A stretch of DNA of 64,000 nt from Octopus vulgaris (lineage: Eukaryota), in NCBI GenBank assembly GCA_951406725.2, contig OX597827.1:37758001-37822000 (forward strand), read 5' to 3'. Below are positions 1 to 13,235 of the stretch, in pieces (within the stretch, counting starts at the first letter, position 1; each line of letters starts with the position of its first letter). The position numbers and the translations under genes were made by a program. A model generated the notes under the pieces. The model was not told where the DNA came from and ran no database searches. It saw nothing but the letters and a program-made list of their open reading frames with translations.

Positions 1-617
1 TTACAATATCAAAACTGCCGACAAGTGGTATAATCACCACCCTGAATCTGTAACTGAAGGAGAAAATGTAACGATTTTGTGCGACACTCCAGTACATACA
101 GACCGAACCATCAAAGCCAATAAACCAGATATTGTTGTGAAAGACCAAAACAATAAAGTTTGCTTATTGATCGACATGAGCATCCCCTGTGATCATAAAA
201 TCTCGGTGAAAGAATTTGACAAGCTCCGAAAATATAAAGACCTGCTCATTGAAATTGAGAAAATGTGGCATCTCAAGGCGGTTACAATACCAGTGATCGT
301 AGGAGCACTAGGAATGATCAAGAAGGGAACCGAAAATTATATGAGAATGATCCCTGGATTACCATCACTGCAAGAAGTGCAAAAGATTGTCTTAACTGGT
401 ACATCACACGTATTGAGAAGAGCATTGTCGATGTGAGAACTATTACCACCCATGTATTTTAATTTAACTTTAAAAAAAAATGAACGAACTAGTGAGTTTA
501 GTTTAATGGCCTAGCAATGTATACTATGAGTTTCTTTGCCCTAGGAGTCGGGAAGACACTCGGCAAGAAATAGAAGCAAATTTGAAAGAAGAAAAAAAAA
601 GGAAGAAAAATAATAAC

Positions 618-667
<50 letters not shown>

Positions 668-684
668 TAATAATAATAATAATA
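1..684 (+). mobile_element. 3' end of an R4/Dong-like (RLE clade) non-LTR retrotransposon with (TAA)n tail
   Basis: ORF 77..436 carries the restriction-like endonuclease motif KPDIVV..LLID..P....K..KY and the C-terminal VIVGALG..LQ...L.GT..VLR; followed by a short 3' UTR and (TAA)n at 609-684. Confidence 0.9.
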
Positions 685-835
685 GAGTCAAAATTAAAAG
701 AAGAGTGTCATTGTTATCTAGTGAACGATATTTCGACATCTTGTGTGTCTTCAAAAAATAAATTTGTCAAGAAAGGTATGTATAAATAACTTTCTTTGGC
801 GCACACACACACACACATACTTAAAGTTCTGTATG

Positions 836-879
<44 letters not shown>

Positions 880-1650
880 CTGTGCGGTAAATTACAGCCC
901 AAATCCAATGGAAACTACCTTTTCCCATTCTGTCATTCCTGTTTGTGATGTGTGTATTTAAAAACCTGATCTTTCATTTAAACTCACAAGGAAGTTATCT
1001 CGCAAATCCTGTCCTTTACCTGTTGTTTCTTTTCTCAATTTACATTCCTATGTTTTCCATACAGGAGATTTGTATTTTGCCTGAAAGCCGATAGCTGATG
1101 GGTAGCCGAGTATTTCTTTAAAAAAAATTTAAATTTTCAAAAACAAATTATATTTTCCACCTTTGTAATCTCTGTATTTTTCCATGTCGATAATAAACAA
1201 AATTCGAAAATTAGTTAAAAATTAGGAAATTTCGGTCGGGAGGGGAGAAATTATAATTTTGAAAACGTGATTTCTGGGCAAAATCATATTAACTCCTCTT
1301 TAGTCTATGAAACAGTATATAGTTTGTGATTCATCTTAAGAATATAAACAAATTTCATGCAAATTTTAATCCCAGCCACTTCACTTCTGAACAAACAATA
1401 ATTTCCATTATTATTGTAATCCACTCTACTTATATATCAGCTAACAGAATGCATTATGCTTATCAACACAGAACATACCCAAATCATTTAGAGTTTACCG
1501 CTTCTTCTCATAATAACGGTATACATATTGACATATGAATTTTTCCTCATCTCTTCATTCGTTACTAAAAAGTGAAATTATTCAATGCACACATTCAAAC
1601 TGCTATGTCTTCCATCTTATATATTACTTAATCGTTCGCTCTTTTCAGCC

Positions 1651-2859
1651 ATGCCACCAAAACGAAGACATTGTAATTTATCTCCACAAACAAGGGCCGC
1701 AAAGAAAACTGCCTCTATTCGTGCTCAAGAAAACTCACTTCAGCGATGCCCAAATGTACAATATTTCAAAATGAACACCGACGGCAGAAGTTCTGCTCCA
1801 AACTACACTTATTGTCTCGGATGAATGCACGATGGCACACTGTCGTGCATTAGAAGCCCTAGATAGGTCATTAACGGATATTAGAAACAATACTATTATA
1901 GGGGTAAGCATAACTGTTGTCCTTGCAGGGGCTTTCCGTCAAATATTACCAGTCATACCACGGGGTTCGGGAGCTAATGAGATCTATTCGTATCTGAAGT
2001 CTTCACCTCTGTGGAGGTTTGTTCGTCAGCTTTCATTAAGCAAGAATATGCGAGCTCACATCTACAATGATCTGTTAGCTGAGGAATTCTCTCATCAACT
2101 ACAACTAGAAATGGCGCCTTACCGTTGTACTGCAATGTACTGCAATGTGGGAACAGGGTGTCTACAATGGCCGCGCTTAAAGTAAAGTTATTTCCCACAT
2201 TGCACGACAACTTTAAAACATAGCACGGTTTGCAGAGAGAGCTATTTTAGCACCTTGGAATGAAAGCGTTGATAAAGTAAACCATGAATTCCTCCACATT
2301 CTACCTGGAAATGCTTCAAAGTTTATCTCCATTGATACTACCATCGACGAACATGCCGCTCTTCAGTATCCAGTTGAATTTCTCAACTCTCTACAACCCA
2401 CAAGACGGCCACTTCATAAGTTGTTCTTAAAGAAAGGTGCACCTATCATGCTCTTGAGAAATTTGGGCCCACCACGACTATGCAATGGTTTCAAGATTGA
2501 CTGTAACTACAATAACAAGTCATGTCCTAAAAGCAACCATTATTGATGGCTTCCATCGAGGAGAGATAGCATACATTCCACGCATGCCACTTATTCCCTT
2601 AAATGTACTATTTCATTTCAAGCGTCTCCAGTTCCCAGTGCGATTGTGCTTCGCTTTGACAATCAACAAAGCCCAGGGTGAAACTTTAAAAATTGTCGGT
2701 CTCAATTTACAGCTACCCTGCTTTTCTCAGGGACAACTATATGTCGCATGCTCTCGAGTTAGCAGTGCAGAGGACTTGTATATATATTCTACCAACACTG
2801 GGCTTACGCAAAACATAGTTTACCCAGGAGCATTGTCGGCTTCACTTAACATATGTTGA
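1651..2859 (+). pseudogene. Helitron RepHel / PIF1-family helicase, frameshifted and truncated
   Basis: MPPKRR N-terminus, LIVSDECTMAH (Walker B), ALEALDRSL, VVLAGAFRQILPVIPRG, RLQFPVRLCFALTINKAQGETL, GQLYVACSRV; broken by frameshifts and stops. Confidence 0.92.
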
Positions 2860-2944
2860 AGTGTGCAGTCTGCCCAAACATTAGAGATGGTTCTTTTCAC
2901 AATGAAGGAGCTTTCTTCTCTCCATGTACCTTATTTTCTTAATT

Positions 2945-3349
2945 TTTTTATTGCCCACAAGGGGCTAAACATAGAGGCAACAAACAATGACAAAGGGATT
3001 AAGTCGATTACATCAACCCCAGTGCGTAAGTGGTACTTAATTTATCGACCCCGAGAGGTTGAAAGGTAAAGTCGACCTCGGCGGAATTTAAACTCAGAAC
3101 GTAACGACAGACAAAATACATGTTTCTTTTATTACCCACAAGGGGCTAAACACAGAGAGGACAAACAAGGACAGACAAACGGATTAAGTCGATTACATCG
3201 ACCCCAGTGCGTACTGATACTTAATTTATCGACCCCGAAAGGATGAAAAGCAAAGTCGACTTCGGCAGAATTTGAACTCAGAACGTAACGGCAAACGAAA
3301 TACCGCTAAGCATTTCGTCCGGCGTGCTAACGATTCTGCCAGCTCGCCA
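2945..3349 (-). mobile_element. tRNA-derived SINE with Nin-like domain (body and tail duplicated)
   Basis: Reverse complement of ggcgagctggcagaatcgttagc...gagttcaaatt (A/B boxes)...gctttcatcctttcggggtcgataaattaagta; flanked by imperfect duplication ccatgtaccttattttct / ccatataccttactttct; inserted in the Helitron. Confidence 0.85.
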
Positions 3350-3634
3350 TATACCTTACTTTCTGCAATACGGATACCTCTTCGTCCTCATATGTCATCC
3401 AATTCTTTACATTTTGGGGGAAATGTTAGGATTTCATTCTAATCTAAGCTGCCATTCTACATGTTTTTTGTGTCAACAATTTCAGCATTGTTCATCACAA
3501 AATGACCGAAAAACATGTTTATAAACAAGAGTTGTTTGCTTTACACTCCTCCTGTGCCGATTCTGCCCACAAGAAAGAAACAAATAATACAATATGGCTG
3601 TAGGTCATAACACCCGGGCAACGCCGAGATGCAT

Positions 3635-3680
<46 letters not shown>

Positions 3681-4017
3681 TGTGTAATACAAATAGTAGA
3701 TACGGAAGATAGAATATATTGGAAACCTCATTTATCACAACGTTCGTTTTGCCACATCCTGCATCGCTCTCTCGCAGGTGGGAAACTATACAATGAATTT
3801 CGGTGCATCTCACAGTGCAGAAGCATCTCATCAAGTGATGTATTACAGTTTCTCGTTACATAAGTAATGTTTCGCACTTAAGATCAACTAGAGCATGTTG
3901 ATAGTTGTCGTGGCAAAATTACATAGAGCAGGAATGGCAAAGAACAAATTAAGTTGCGAAGCTGTGGATACAAACAGGAAGTAATTACCCATCTTTGCTA
4001 GCGTGACGCTATATACT

Positions 4018-4060
<43 letters not shown>

Positions 4061-4066
<6 letters not shown>

Positions 4067-4339
4067 TTACATACATATAAGAGGGGTTACCACTATGTGG
4101 ACACCCTAATGCTAGAAGTAGATCCGTTATGGTCTTACCACTAAGAAATGTTCTCTAGAAAATTTAGCAAACACCAGAAACGTTAGCGAGCAAGACAAAT
4201 GAAAAGTAACAAAAATATAGATTAATCATAAACAATGTTTCACTATTAACATTTCTTAGTGGTAGGACCATAGCGGATCTACTTCTAGCATTAGGATGTC
4301 CACATTGTAGTAATCCCTCTTATATGTATGTAATACTAT
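4061..4339. repeat. Inverted repeat, ~92 bp arms, 95 bp spacer, abutting (TA)n
   Basis: 4061-4152 is the reverse complement of 4248-4339 with a few mismatches. Confidence 0.9.
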
Positions 4340-5518
4340 TTACTGAACCTCAGTTTTTTAATATGCTAGACCACTGGTGTTAAATTGATGTTACCAAATT
4401 AATATCCAATTTTTCACCCTCATTTTAATTTTAATTATACATATATATAACATACATACATACATACATACATACATACATACATAAGTATAAAAAACAT
4501 CAACACCTTCCTAAGATTTAAAGGATAACTATTAAATCAAGATACTTTCCTTCACAACCTTGCTACCAAGGCGGTGGCCTGTTGGTATGGCTTGTACGTG
4601 TAGATTTATGTGTGTGTGTACACATATGTAATTATGTACTATATATGTGTGTATATGTGTATACATATTTATGTATGTATGTACACATAGAAGTTCAATT
4701 ATAACTAGAAACAGAAATTTGGTGAGGTAAAAAAAAGGAGGTTTCAGTTACACTGATGAAGGTCTGTTTAATCTGGTGGTGGTATAAATTACCAGAATAT
4801 GTGTAGGTATATGTCGATGTGGCAATAATTTGTTAGTAATTCTGATCTAGTTCTTAGCTACTCCTCGCAACAGATGCTTTTTAAAATGTCACCTTTTTCA
4901 TTGATACGATGTTGGCATTTTAGTATTATTTATATGGTCTGCTTCACTCAATGGCATTTTCTTTTGATGCCAAAATCGGTGTTATGTTCTTTTAAGTATC
5001 ATATTTTGATCATAATGTTCTTTTAAATATGTGCTACAGGCCGCCTGTCACACATATGACAGAAACTTCCAAACTCTCCTTTTGAAAGCATGTTAAATGC
5101 CACGTTGTTAATAAGGAAACCCAGAGGCATGTCACTGTCCTCGTTACCTTTCTTTTGCAAGCTCCATCAGACAGATAAAATTATCTTTCTTGGCGTACTT
5201 CCCCATTGTTTCTTCTTTTTCAGGTTTCTTCTCCAATCAACTACTCCAAATCTTCTATACTACAAACAGTGCTTATTGTTGCTTTCTGTGCGTCAGTATC
5301 GTTGCTGTTATTTTTGGCGTTGCTGTTGCTGCTAAAGTCAGCCGAGCTACCAATATCGAAGCTGTTACTGGTATTGTTTGTGTTTATGTTATATTTCGTT
5401 GCGTTGGTGTTGCTACACTCGACGTTTCTCAACAAATCTTTTTCTTTTACTGCTTTTTCAAACCCAAATTATTCAAATAGAAATTTTTAAGAGGCAGGGG
5501 TGTTTTGTTTACATTCTC

Positions 5519-5594
<76 letters not shown>

Positions 5595-6583
5595 TCAAGG
5601 CTACCTTCACTGATGTGGCTGTTGCCTCTAACTGTCGCCATCGAAGACGCCATGCTTAAGAAAAACTTTTAATGGTACCCCCAACGAGAAATTTTAGAAA
5701 ATGAAGCGAAGGAAAACAATTTACTCCACCCCAAGCTGAGCAGAAAAACAAAATTAAATACGAAATTAGTCTGAAACAGATTACAGCAAAAGCAAAAAAC
5801 AAAAACCATCCACACCTGACTAATAAACAGTAATCTAGGAACAGTAAAAAAAAAATCACCTTTCAGTTGGTAATTCACATACCAACAATGACGACGACGA
5901 CGACGACGATGACGATGATGATGGTGATAATTTCTCGATGATTTAGGCCCTTGTGGCCAACGGAGCCGCAAGAGTTTAAGTCATCGAGAACACTATCAAA
6001 GGACGAAATATAACCCACAAAAGGTGGAGTTTTCACCGGCCAATAGGGGGTCAAATAAGAATATAACAAAAGATATTTAGATAGAGTTTAGAATCCGATA
6101 ACTATGGCTTTTAGGCTACCTCTATTGGGTTCTTAGGGTATTTTTCTCACCCCTTGACTTGAACCTCATCTCTTCCTGTCTAGCCTAAATATTGGACCCT
6201 TCTGCATTCTTTCTCTATATATAGTTTCCTCTCCACCTCTTCATCTACATCCTACTGCAAACTTATGAACCTTTCTCACACCACTTCTGTCAAGGCCCTC
6301 CCTACTTCACTTACCATATCACCCCCTCTATTTCACTCTTTCAATTCAACTTTTATTATTTGTTTGCAGTCAAAGTGACAACACCGTCACTTTGTCCCTT
6401 CTTTCTTATATCCTTCACTACCCACCAAATTTAATGAACTCTCATTCTTCCACTCACCTCCCACTTTTTTTTATATTTCTCCCTTACTCTGTATGTTTCT
6501 TTTTTCATGTACCCTACCCACCTGCCCTACATCGTTTGAGATGTTCTTCTTAAATAGTAGCTATTACCACCTTGTTTAATTGA

Positions 6584-7486
6584 TATATCCTCGCTAAAAT
6601 GATGTTTCCGTGTTTTAGTATTGTTCCTATTTCACCATAAAGTTTTATAATATAGATCCGTTAGGACATTTTTTGATTATTTAATTACTTCCACGTTTAG
6701 ACTATTATCGTTCTATTAGTAGAATCTATTGGAAACTCTTTGATTGTGCTCATACTGATTCGGGCTTTTCTTTGTCAATATCCTCGATTTGATTTGATTT
6801 AAGGTGGCGAGCTGGCAGAAACTTTAGCACGCCGGGCGAAATGCGTAGCTGTATTTTGTCTGCCTTTACGTTCTGAGTTCAAATTCCCCCGATGTCGACT
6901 TTGCCTTTCATCATTTCAGGGTCGATAAATTAAGTACCAGTTACGCACTGGGTTCGATATAATCGACTTAATCCGTTTGTCTGTCCTTGTTTGTCCCTCT
7001 GTGTTTAGCCCCTTGTGGGTAGTAAAGAAATATATATCCTCGCTAAAATTATGTTGTTTCCGTGTTTTAGTATTGTTCCTATTTTACCATTAAGTTTTAT
7101 AATATAGATCCGTTAGGACATTTTTTGATTATTTAATTACTTTCACGTTTAGACTATTATCGTTCTATTAATAGAAACTATTGGAAACTATTTGATTGTG
7201 CTCATACTGATTCGGGCTTTTCTTTGTCAATATCCTCGATTTGATTTGATTTAAGGTGGCGAGCTGGCAGAAACGTTAGCACGCCAAACGAAATGCTGAG
7301 TGTTATTTCGTCTGTCTTTACGATCTGAATTCAAATTCCGCCGCGGTCGATTTTGCCTTTCATCCTTTCGGGGTCGATAAATTAAGTACCAGTTACGCAC
7401 TGGGGTCGATATAATCGACTTAATCCGTTTGTCTGTCCTTGTTTGTCCCCTCTATGTTTAGACCCTTGTGGGTAGTAAAGAAATAG
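6584..7486 (+). repeat. Tandem duplication of a ~450 bp unit (unique flank plus SINE)
   Basis: 6584-7032 and 7034-7486 both begin atatcctcgctaaaat and end with a SINE copy. Confidence 0.9.
6803..7032 (+). mobile_element. tRNA-derived Nin-domain SINE
   Basis: ggtggcgagctggcagaa head, B box gagttcaaattc, central gcctttcatcatttcagggtcgataaattaagtacc, tail ccccttgtgggtagtaaagaaa. Confidence 0.88.
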
Positions 7487-7653
7487 GTATTTCGTCTGTC
7501 TTTACGTTTTAAGTTCAAATTCCGCCGAGGTTGACTTTGCCTTTCATCCCTTCGGGGTCGATAAATTAAGTACTAGTTGCTTACTGGGGTCGATCTAATC
7601 GACTGATCCCCTCCCCAAAAATTTCGGGCCTTGTGCCTAGAATAGAAAAGAAT
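7255..7653 (+). mobile_element. tRNA-derived Nin-domain SINE with a second body unit and an alternative tail
   Basis: Same head and body as 6803-7032, then body repeated from ~7486 ending gggccttgtgcctagaatagaaaag; duplication aatatcctcgattt on both flanks. Confidence 0.88.
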
Positions 7654-8109
7654 ATCCTCGATTTACTTTCTCAATCTTCAGTTACCTTCCCAAACATCCG
7701 GCTCTTTACGTTCCGAGTTCAAATTCTTACGAAGTCAACTTTGCTTTCTATACTTCCGAGGTCGACAAAATAAAGTACCAGTATTGCGGATCGAAATAAT
7801 CGACTATTCATCTCCCTTCAAAATTACTAGTTATATGCCTAAATAACAAACAATATTTTTAGTTATAATGTTTTCAATTACATTATTTATTTTTTGCTCC
7901 TCCATTTGTTTGTGATTTTATATCATGGCATACTCATTCTTTTATGCATTCTATTCGTATATTTTGTAGCTTTTGGGTATACGTATACATGCAAACATAC
8001 ATATTCTTAAATTAATAACTTCACTGGTTACCAAAGTTATTTCTACTTGATAATTATTCAGTTGGGAAATGTTTCCAGAAAAACCTTTTTGTGTTCTTTG
8101 TTTTTAGTG

Positions 8110-8152
<43 letters not shown>

Positions 8153-9423
8153 AGTGTGTCTCTCTGTCTGTCTGTGTGTCTGTCTGACTGTGTGAGAGTG
8201 TGTGTGTGTGTATGAATGCGTATGTGCTTATGTCATCGTCGCTTAACTCTACGACATTTATATTCGTATTTTGTTTATTATTTTTCATTGCTTGGTCATA
8301 AGAGGAAGGGCAGCACCAATATGATACTGTCACGATGTCTGTAACTGATAAGAAAAAGCGGTGGAAGTTATCCTCTGACAGGATACCTAATCCAGATTTT
8401 GCAATTGAGTGGACTTTGCTAAAGGCGCCCAGGAATCAAGTGCTGGCGTTCAACAGAACAATGGATTAAGCTTCATGTCCCAAAACAAGGAAACTCCATC
8501 TCGACAGGCTTCCACACCGTCTACCAATTTTCACACACAAGGCTTTTGGTCGACCCGAAGGTATGGGCCAAGGACTTACCCAAGGTATCTAACAGTGAAA
8601 TCATGAACGAAAGAAAGACATCATCTTGTGAAAGAAGCAGTATAACAGCCACAGACTTTGATGAGTTCTGGTGTTATTTATTTATCGTCTTGGTCATGAC
8701 TCAAGCACTGATTCTGTTGTTAAGGTATTCGTTTCATAAACACGAGGTTCCGGGTTCGATATCGCATACAGGCACTTTAGACAACTACCTTCTACCATAG
8801 TGTTGCTTCTACCAATACCTTGTAAACACGGTTTAGTAGACGGAGACTGACCTAAAGCCCATCGTATATGTGTTTGTGTGTATGTTTTTATATATGCGTA
8901 TCTTTCATCGACGTATATCGGCGAAGGATTTATACACCTTATTGAGGAAACAAAAAATAAGGTGCTTTTCGAACGAAATCCTTAGAGATATTAGATCTGC
9001 ATCAAATTACAGATACTCCCTCGTCACTTTGACCATGATAATACAGTGAGCCAATGATTTGACAATTGGAAACCGGAAACCAACGATGCTCTTACTTACA
9101 AATACATCACTTATATAATAATAAAAAAACAGATGTTACTACAAGTGGGAAATCAAACTTGTTTGTTCGTTTTTCAAGTTATTTTTTCCTAAATTATTTT
9201 ATCACAGTGAAACTTTGGTATTTTGATATTTAAGGCAATTCTTATCTCCACTATTTTGGGTAGGTCGACACTCGTCTTATTAATTCATTTTCTGCCAGAG
9301 AAGAGTTGATGAATTTTTCACTGCTGAGGACACCTGTTAAATAATATTGAATGTTGAGTCGGCCGACATCTGGTAATAAACTGAAATAAACTGACAGATA
9401 AACAGTAACATCCAGCAAAATAA

Positions 9424-9443
9424 TAGATAGATACATAGATAGA

Positions 9444-9486
<43 letters not shown>

Positions 9487-9512
9487 GCAGGCAGACAGGC
9501 AGACAGGCAAGC

Positions 9513-9598
<86 letters not shown>
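9424..9598. repeat. (ATAG)n/(ACAG)n compound microsatellite
   Basis: Direct reading. Confidence 0.95.
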
Positions 9599-9599
<1 letters not shown>

Positions 9600-10031
9600 A
9601 GCATACAATATATTCATACGTAGAACAACAAGCATTCATATATGAAAATAGAGAGAAATAGACTCACGTATTTGACTGAATGCTAATGAGGTATAAAAAC
9701 TGCAATTTAGGAAGACGAATGACTAAAGAGGAGGATGGATATTGAGGGGCATCTGTTGCAAGAAATTCATTAGTAAAGTGGCTGCTAACATATTTGATGA
9801 AGTAAACCATGGACTTTTAAGCATAGTCCAATTGTGATTTCACTATTTTAGAATGTCCAGAGAGATTTAAGCGTAATATCTGGGGTTGTCTCCCCTGTCC
9901 TGTTTCATAAGAATTATTCTGAGATAACCAATGTTCTAATTAGTAACAATGTAATTTTATCTAATTAAAATTTCTTGGCTTACCTTAACATATTACGTAG
10001 GATAGATTCACACACAAACGCGCGCCCACAC

Positions 10032-10158
<127 letters not shown>

Positions 10159-10686
10159 GATAGGTGTGGATATGATAAGACATTTAAAACAGCAAACTAG
10201 GACGGAAAAAGAACGTACCCTCTCACGAGAGTCGAACGTTGTATGTACCGCATTCCAGGCTCTACGTTAGCGATTACACAAGAGAGGTCCTTGTCATTTT
10301 TAATTATAAGTGTGCGCGTGCGTGTACGTATGCACAAGTGGCAAAAATACTAAACGCTCTTACACAACAGCTGCTTGTTGCTTTTTACGCCTTTTTACTA
10401 TTCACAATTTCTTTTCAGGTTCAAAATGTAACTTTTGGTCTCCATCTCATATTATTTGAAAACTGGTATTGTTCATCAGCTGAGTTTAACAAATTTGAAA
10501 TCTATATACCCTAAAATACACGTCATCAAATATATGAGTGTGTGTACACACACATACATACGTTCATACATATTATACATATATACATACATGAATACGT
10601 ACATATGCACACACGTACATCTATACATGCGTGTACGTGTGTGTGTGAGTGCATGTGCATAATCATTTTATTTAGTTTACAATATA

Positions 10687-11101
10687 GGCGCAGGAGTGGC
10701 TGTGTGGTAAGTAGCTTGTTTACCAACCACATGGTTCCAGGTTCAGTCCCACTGTGTGGCACCTTGGGCAAGTGTCTTCTACTATAGCCTCGGGCCGACC
10801 AAAGCCTTGTGAGTGGATTTGGTAGACGGAAACTAAAAGAAGCCCGTCGTATATATGTATATATATATATGTGCGTGTGTGTGTTTGTGTGTCTGTGTTT
10901 GTCCCCCAGCATTGCTTGACAACTGATGCTGGTGTGTTTATGTCCCCGTCACTTAGCGGTTCGGCAAAAGAGACCGATAGAATAAGTACTGAGCTTACAA
11001 AAGAATAAGTCCCGGGGTCGAGTTGCTCGATTAAAGGCGGTGCTCCAGCATGGCCGCAGTCAAATGACTGAAACAAGTAAAAGAGTAAAAGAGTAAAGAG
11101 T
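10687..11101 (+). mobile_element. Full-length tRNA-derived CORE-type SINE
   Basis: ggcgcaggagtggctgtgtggtaag (A box), ggttcagtccc (B box), CORE-like accttgggcaagtgtcttctac, internal TA/GT microsatellite, tail (gagtaaaa)n; aatata on both flanks. Many copies in the window. Confidence 0.9.
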
Positions 11102-11472
11102 AATATAATAGTTTATATTAGAATTTAGTAAGACAACCTTCTTGCTTTAACTTAAAACATTGATGCTTCTTCCCATGGATGCAATATGATTCTCCAAGTT
11201 CTCAAGATTTATTCTAAACCATACATTGGTGATTACGTCAATTAATTGAGTTCTGTACCTTGATTTAGAAACCAGTACCAGTTCCCTCAGTTTTGAGTAC
11301 GGATTTTCTGTCGACTAAGGCAAGGTTGTTTCCATTGAGGAGTGTGTCCACCATAACATCCTACAGCCAGCAATATATTGTAAACGAAGCGACCATCGGT
11401 CACTGATTTGCAACAAGCAAAATAGCTAATTATAAGATCTCAAGAAGAGATGAGAGTAGTAACTATACTAAC

Positions 11473-11574
11473 AAGTAAAGTCAATCGCCACATCAAAGTG
11501 GCTATTCCATGTTACTACTAGTGTAACCCAAGGCAGATCTTCCGCCAGCTGGTTATCGGTACATCCTTGCATTG

Positions 11575-11638
<64 letters not shown>

Positions 11639-11774
11639 CTAGCAGGGGAGCGAAACCACGAGCCGCTGCCATCGATGCAGGGCTGCACCGATAACCAGCT
11701 GCCGGAAGATCTGCCTGGGGTTAAACTTGTAGTAACATGGAACAATCACTTGGACGTGACGATTGACTTTACTT
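11473..11774. repeat. Inverted repeat, ~100 bp arms, enclosing a (TA)n tract
   Basis: 11473-11574 matches the reverse complement of 11673-11774 with scattered mismatches. Confidence 0.9.
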
Positions 11775-12239
11775 ATATATAAGTTATATTTAAAATTAAA
11801 GTTTAGTTAGGAGACTTTAAGGTGTAGTATCCAAACCTTGTTATGGGAGTATCCATTGTAGTTGTGCCTGCAGAGGACGTTCACCGCTTGCGGCTACCAA
11901 ACGTTATCCGGAGTTGTGCACTTTCGTGGTTGGATGTACGTAAGGAATTCCTCGGTGCACGTTGAGTGTATTGTAAATGATTATTGCAGAAGATAGAGTG
12001 TACTGGAAGCTTTATTTAGGACAACGATCTTTTCAAACTGCTCCCTAGTGGGTGGGGAACGATGTAATGGAATCGAATGCAGCCCGTAGTTCAGAAGAAA
12101 CTTTCTCAGCCCACATAAAGCGGTTCAGTGTTATAAGATGTACATTTCGCTGATATGCGTGGCAAGATAATGCTGGTATCATATGCGTTTTAGTAGTTCA
12201 CGAATAGATTAATGAGACAGGGTTTCTGGTATATATTTA

Positions 12240-13060
12240 GGGAGTAATTGTTAAGAGCAGATAGAGCCGACGCCTTTGATATAGCGATGGGATCATCCGA
12301 TTCCGCACAAGTCACTGACTTGGTTGGAGTCTAACATCCTGTCCCTAATCCAGACTACTCTCCCCGATATCGGAGGGGGGCCTATATAGAGACGATGCTC
12401 TCTTCTACTTGAACCGCAGTACTAACGTAGAACTAGAAAGGCGTAAGAAAAAACAATTCAAGGTATTTAAGAATGTAGGACTAGCCATCACTGTAGAAAA
12501 TGAATGTCGCAGAATTAACTTACTAGATACCATATTCAACCTCGACACCATCTATACGAACCATTCCACAAACCAAAACGCCAACTTAAAATACATTAAC
12601 GCCATGGCTTACTAGCCACCCTCCTTTATACGGGGACTAGTAGGTAATATTCAGACTAGGATACTCCGATTGTCTGCCAATGAAGGACTATTCAACTTGC
12701 ATACACCCTATTATAATGAGGTTTTAGCTAGGGTCGGATACAGAGAACGGATTAAATACATACACGAAGACAACACACACATACACGCGCGCGCGCGCAA
12801 CGACAGTACCCAAACAGGTGGAACACACACCTTCAGAAATATATATAATAGTAAAATCTCATCGGCCCAAAATACAACCACGGGCATATAACACCCAACT
12901 ATAATAATAACCAAAACACAAAACCCTCTACCGGCAAAAACTCCCACCTAAATACAACACACAACATAGAATACATTAAACACACACAACACACTCGGAC
13001 TAATAAACCCAACAGGAAATATAAAAAACCACACCGTACTCTGGTACAATCCGATCTAAA
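12240..13060 (+). mobile_element. Penelope-like element reverse transcriptase fragment (degenerate)
   Basis: FDIAMGSSDSAQVTDLVG, LYRDDAL, ELERRKKKQFKVFKNVGLAITVE, INLLDTIFNL, LKYIN, RLSANEGLFNLHTPYYNEVLARVGY: Penelope RT core and thumb. Confidence 0.85.
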
Positions 13061-13061
13061 A

Positions 13062-13235
13062 TATATGGAGTGATCACTAGTGATGGCGATATTATGCTTC
13101 CATTCGTCTTCCCACATGGCCTCAGACTCAACAAGGAGACCTATATCAAGTCCCTGGTGGTGCTGCCCCCGGTCAAGAGGGTGGCTGCTTGAAGATCCTA
13201 TTGTCTTGAGTTGCTTCACCTGATTCACACAAAGA
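13062..13235 (+). mobile_element. Tc1/mariner-superfamily transposase fragment
   Basis: GVITSDGDIMLPFVFPHGLRLNKETYIKSL, similar to FFPQGLRVNSIAYIEVL in the element at 63.0-63.9 kb. Confidence 0.7.

Larger units (their letters stand above)
876..3640 (+). mobile_element. Internally deleted Helitron
   Basis: Contains Pif1 helicase remnants; ends with a GC-rich hairpin-like segment (cccgggcaacgccgag) and CTAG at 3637-3640 followed by T. 5' boundary uncertain. Confidence 0.75.

Noticed and set aside
4753-4800. CTGATGA hammerhead core start (also 13998-14004 plus and ~41046-41052 minus)
   Set aside because: No correctly placed GAAA, stem III or cleavage triplet downstream.
4800-5480. Minus-strand coding-like stretch (Asn/Ser-rich) possibly from an LTR gag
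   Set aside because: Multiple stops and no motif I can assign with confidence.
9668-9752. Possible minus-strand exon (cag acceptor, gtgagt donor)
   Set aside because: Weak pyrimidine tract and unrecognisable peptide; insufficient support.
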